From the NCBI GenBank assembly GCA_963667725.2, contig CAXXHO010000005.1:864001-928000 (forward strand): DNA of 64,000 bases, read 5' to 3'. Position 1 is the stretch's first letter. Every line of letters begins with the position of its first letter. A program made the translations under genes and the position numbers. Under the pieces are notes generated by a model that saw nothing but the letters and a program-made list of their open reading frames with translations, was not told the origin of the DNA and searched no databases. The stretch comes from Treponemataceae bacterium. Lineage in GTDB: Bacteria > Spirochaetota > Spirochaetia > Treponematales > Rectinemataceae. Shown piece after piece: positions 63,204 through 64,000 of the stretch.

Positions 63204-64000
63204 GGGCGGACTTCTCCTTCGCTTCATCGACCGCTCCGATCATATAGAGCGCGCTCTCAGGATAATCCTTGAATTCATCCTGGAGGATCCTTTCGCACCC
63301 ATCCAAGGCATCTTTGAGACTGACGAGCCTTCCTGGGAGGCCGGTAAACTGCTCGGTAGTGAAAAAGGGCTGGGTGAGAAAGCGTTCAAGGCGCCGGGCA
63401 CGGGCGACGATATCGCGATCCTGTTGCGAAAGTTGTTCGAGGCCCAGCATGGCGATGATGTTTTTGAGTTCCGCGTATTGCGCCAAGGTGCGCCGTATCG
63501 CTTGGGCCAAGAGGTAATGCCTTTCCCCTACGATACCGGGCGTGGCCATCTTGGAATTGGATTGGAGGGGATCGATAGCCGGATAGAGTCCTTCGCTGGC
63601 CCTTTTACGTGAAAGTGCGATGGATGCGGACAAATGCGAGAAGGTATGTACGGCCGCCGGATCGGTGAAATCATCAGCTGGCACGTAGACCGCCTGGATA
63701 GAAGTGATGGCGCCCTTGTCGGTATTGGCGATTCGCTCTTCCAGCGATGCCAGCTCGGTGCCCATGGTCGGTTGATAGCCCAGCCGGGAAGGCATATGTC
63801 CCATAAGGCCCGAGACTTCCGAGCCGGCCTGGATGAAGCGAAAGATGTTGTCGATCAGCAGAAGAACATCTTGGCGTTCGTCGTCCCTGAAATATTCTGC
63901 CATGGTGAGGGCCGCGTGCCCGACACGGAAGCGACTGCCCGGAAGCTCGTTCATCTGGGCGAAGATCATAACCATATTGGGGAGCACGCCGGCCTTCTCC
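63193..64000 (-). CDS. atpD: N-type ATPase beta subunit (3' part; start lies beyond the window)
   Basis: [57 protein letters not shown]. Confidence 0.95.
   Translation of the reverse strand, partial: EKAGVLPNMVMIFAQMNELPGSRFRVGHAALTMAEYFRDDERQDVLLLIDNIFRFIQAGSEVSGLMGHMPSRLGYQPTMGTELASLEERIANTDKGAITSIQAVYVPADDFTDPAAVHTFSHLSASIALSRKRASEGLYPAIDPLQSNSKMATPGIVGERHYLLAQAIRRTLAQYAELKNIIAMLGLEQLSQQDRDIVARARRLERFLTQPFFTTEQFTGLPGRLVSLKDALDGCERILQDEFKDYPESALYMIGAVDEAKEKSAHES

Noticed and set aside
44797..64000. tRNA-anchored prophage or ICE
   Set aside because: No integrase, phage or conjugation genes, and no duplicated tRNA 3' end within the window

Overview
GC-rich bacterial chromosome segment, probably from a spirochaete (inferred from gene order and protein style, not proven). 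It appears to lie next to the replication origin: DnaA boxes precede gyrB-gyrA, and two perfect parS palindromes follow gyrA. Next come housekeeping and metabolic genes: polyprenyl synthase, an RpoS-like sigma factor behind a perfect sigma54 promoter, glgX, fabD-fabG-fabF, an alkyltransferase-like gene and thyX. After thyX lie a decayed HNH-nuclease plus XRE/ImmA remnant, several hypothetical genes and an orphan GHKL ATPase. The middle holds anmK, a cyclophilin, an amino-acid-type ABC transporter, a Dpp/Opp transporter operon with a GNAT and a serine hydrolase, a YegD-like Hsp70, glpK, mgtC and tRNA-Ile2(CAU). A LacI-linked operon follows (GDPD, esterase, Ugp-like ABC transporter, nucleoside hydrolase). 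The window ends inside a minus-strand N-type ATPase operon (atpD-C-Q-R-B-E-F-A-G, no delta). The most notable observation is a baeRF3/Balon-like aeRF1-fold gene translationally coupled inside that operon, between atpR and atpB. Family calls come from motif recognition by eye; no searches were run.
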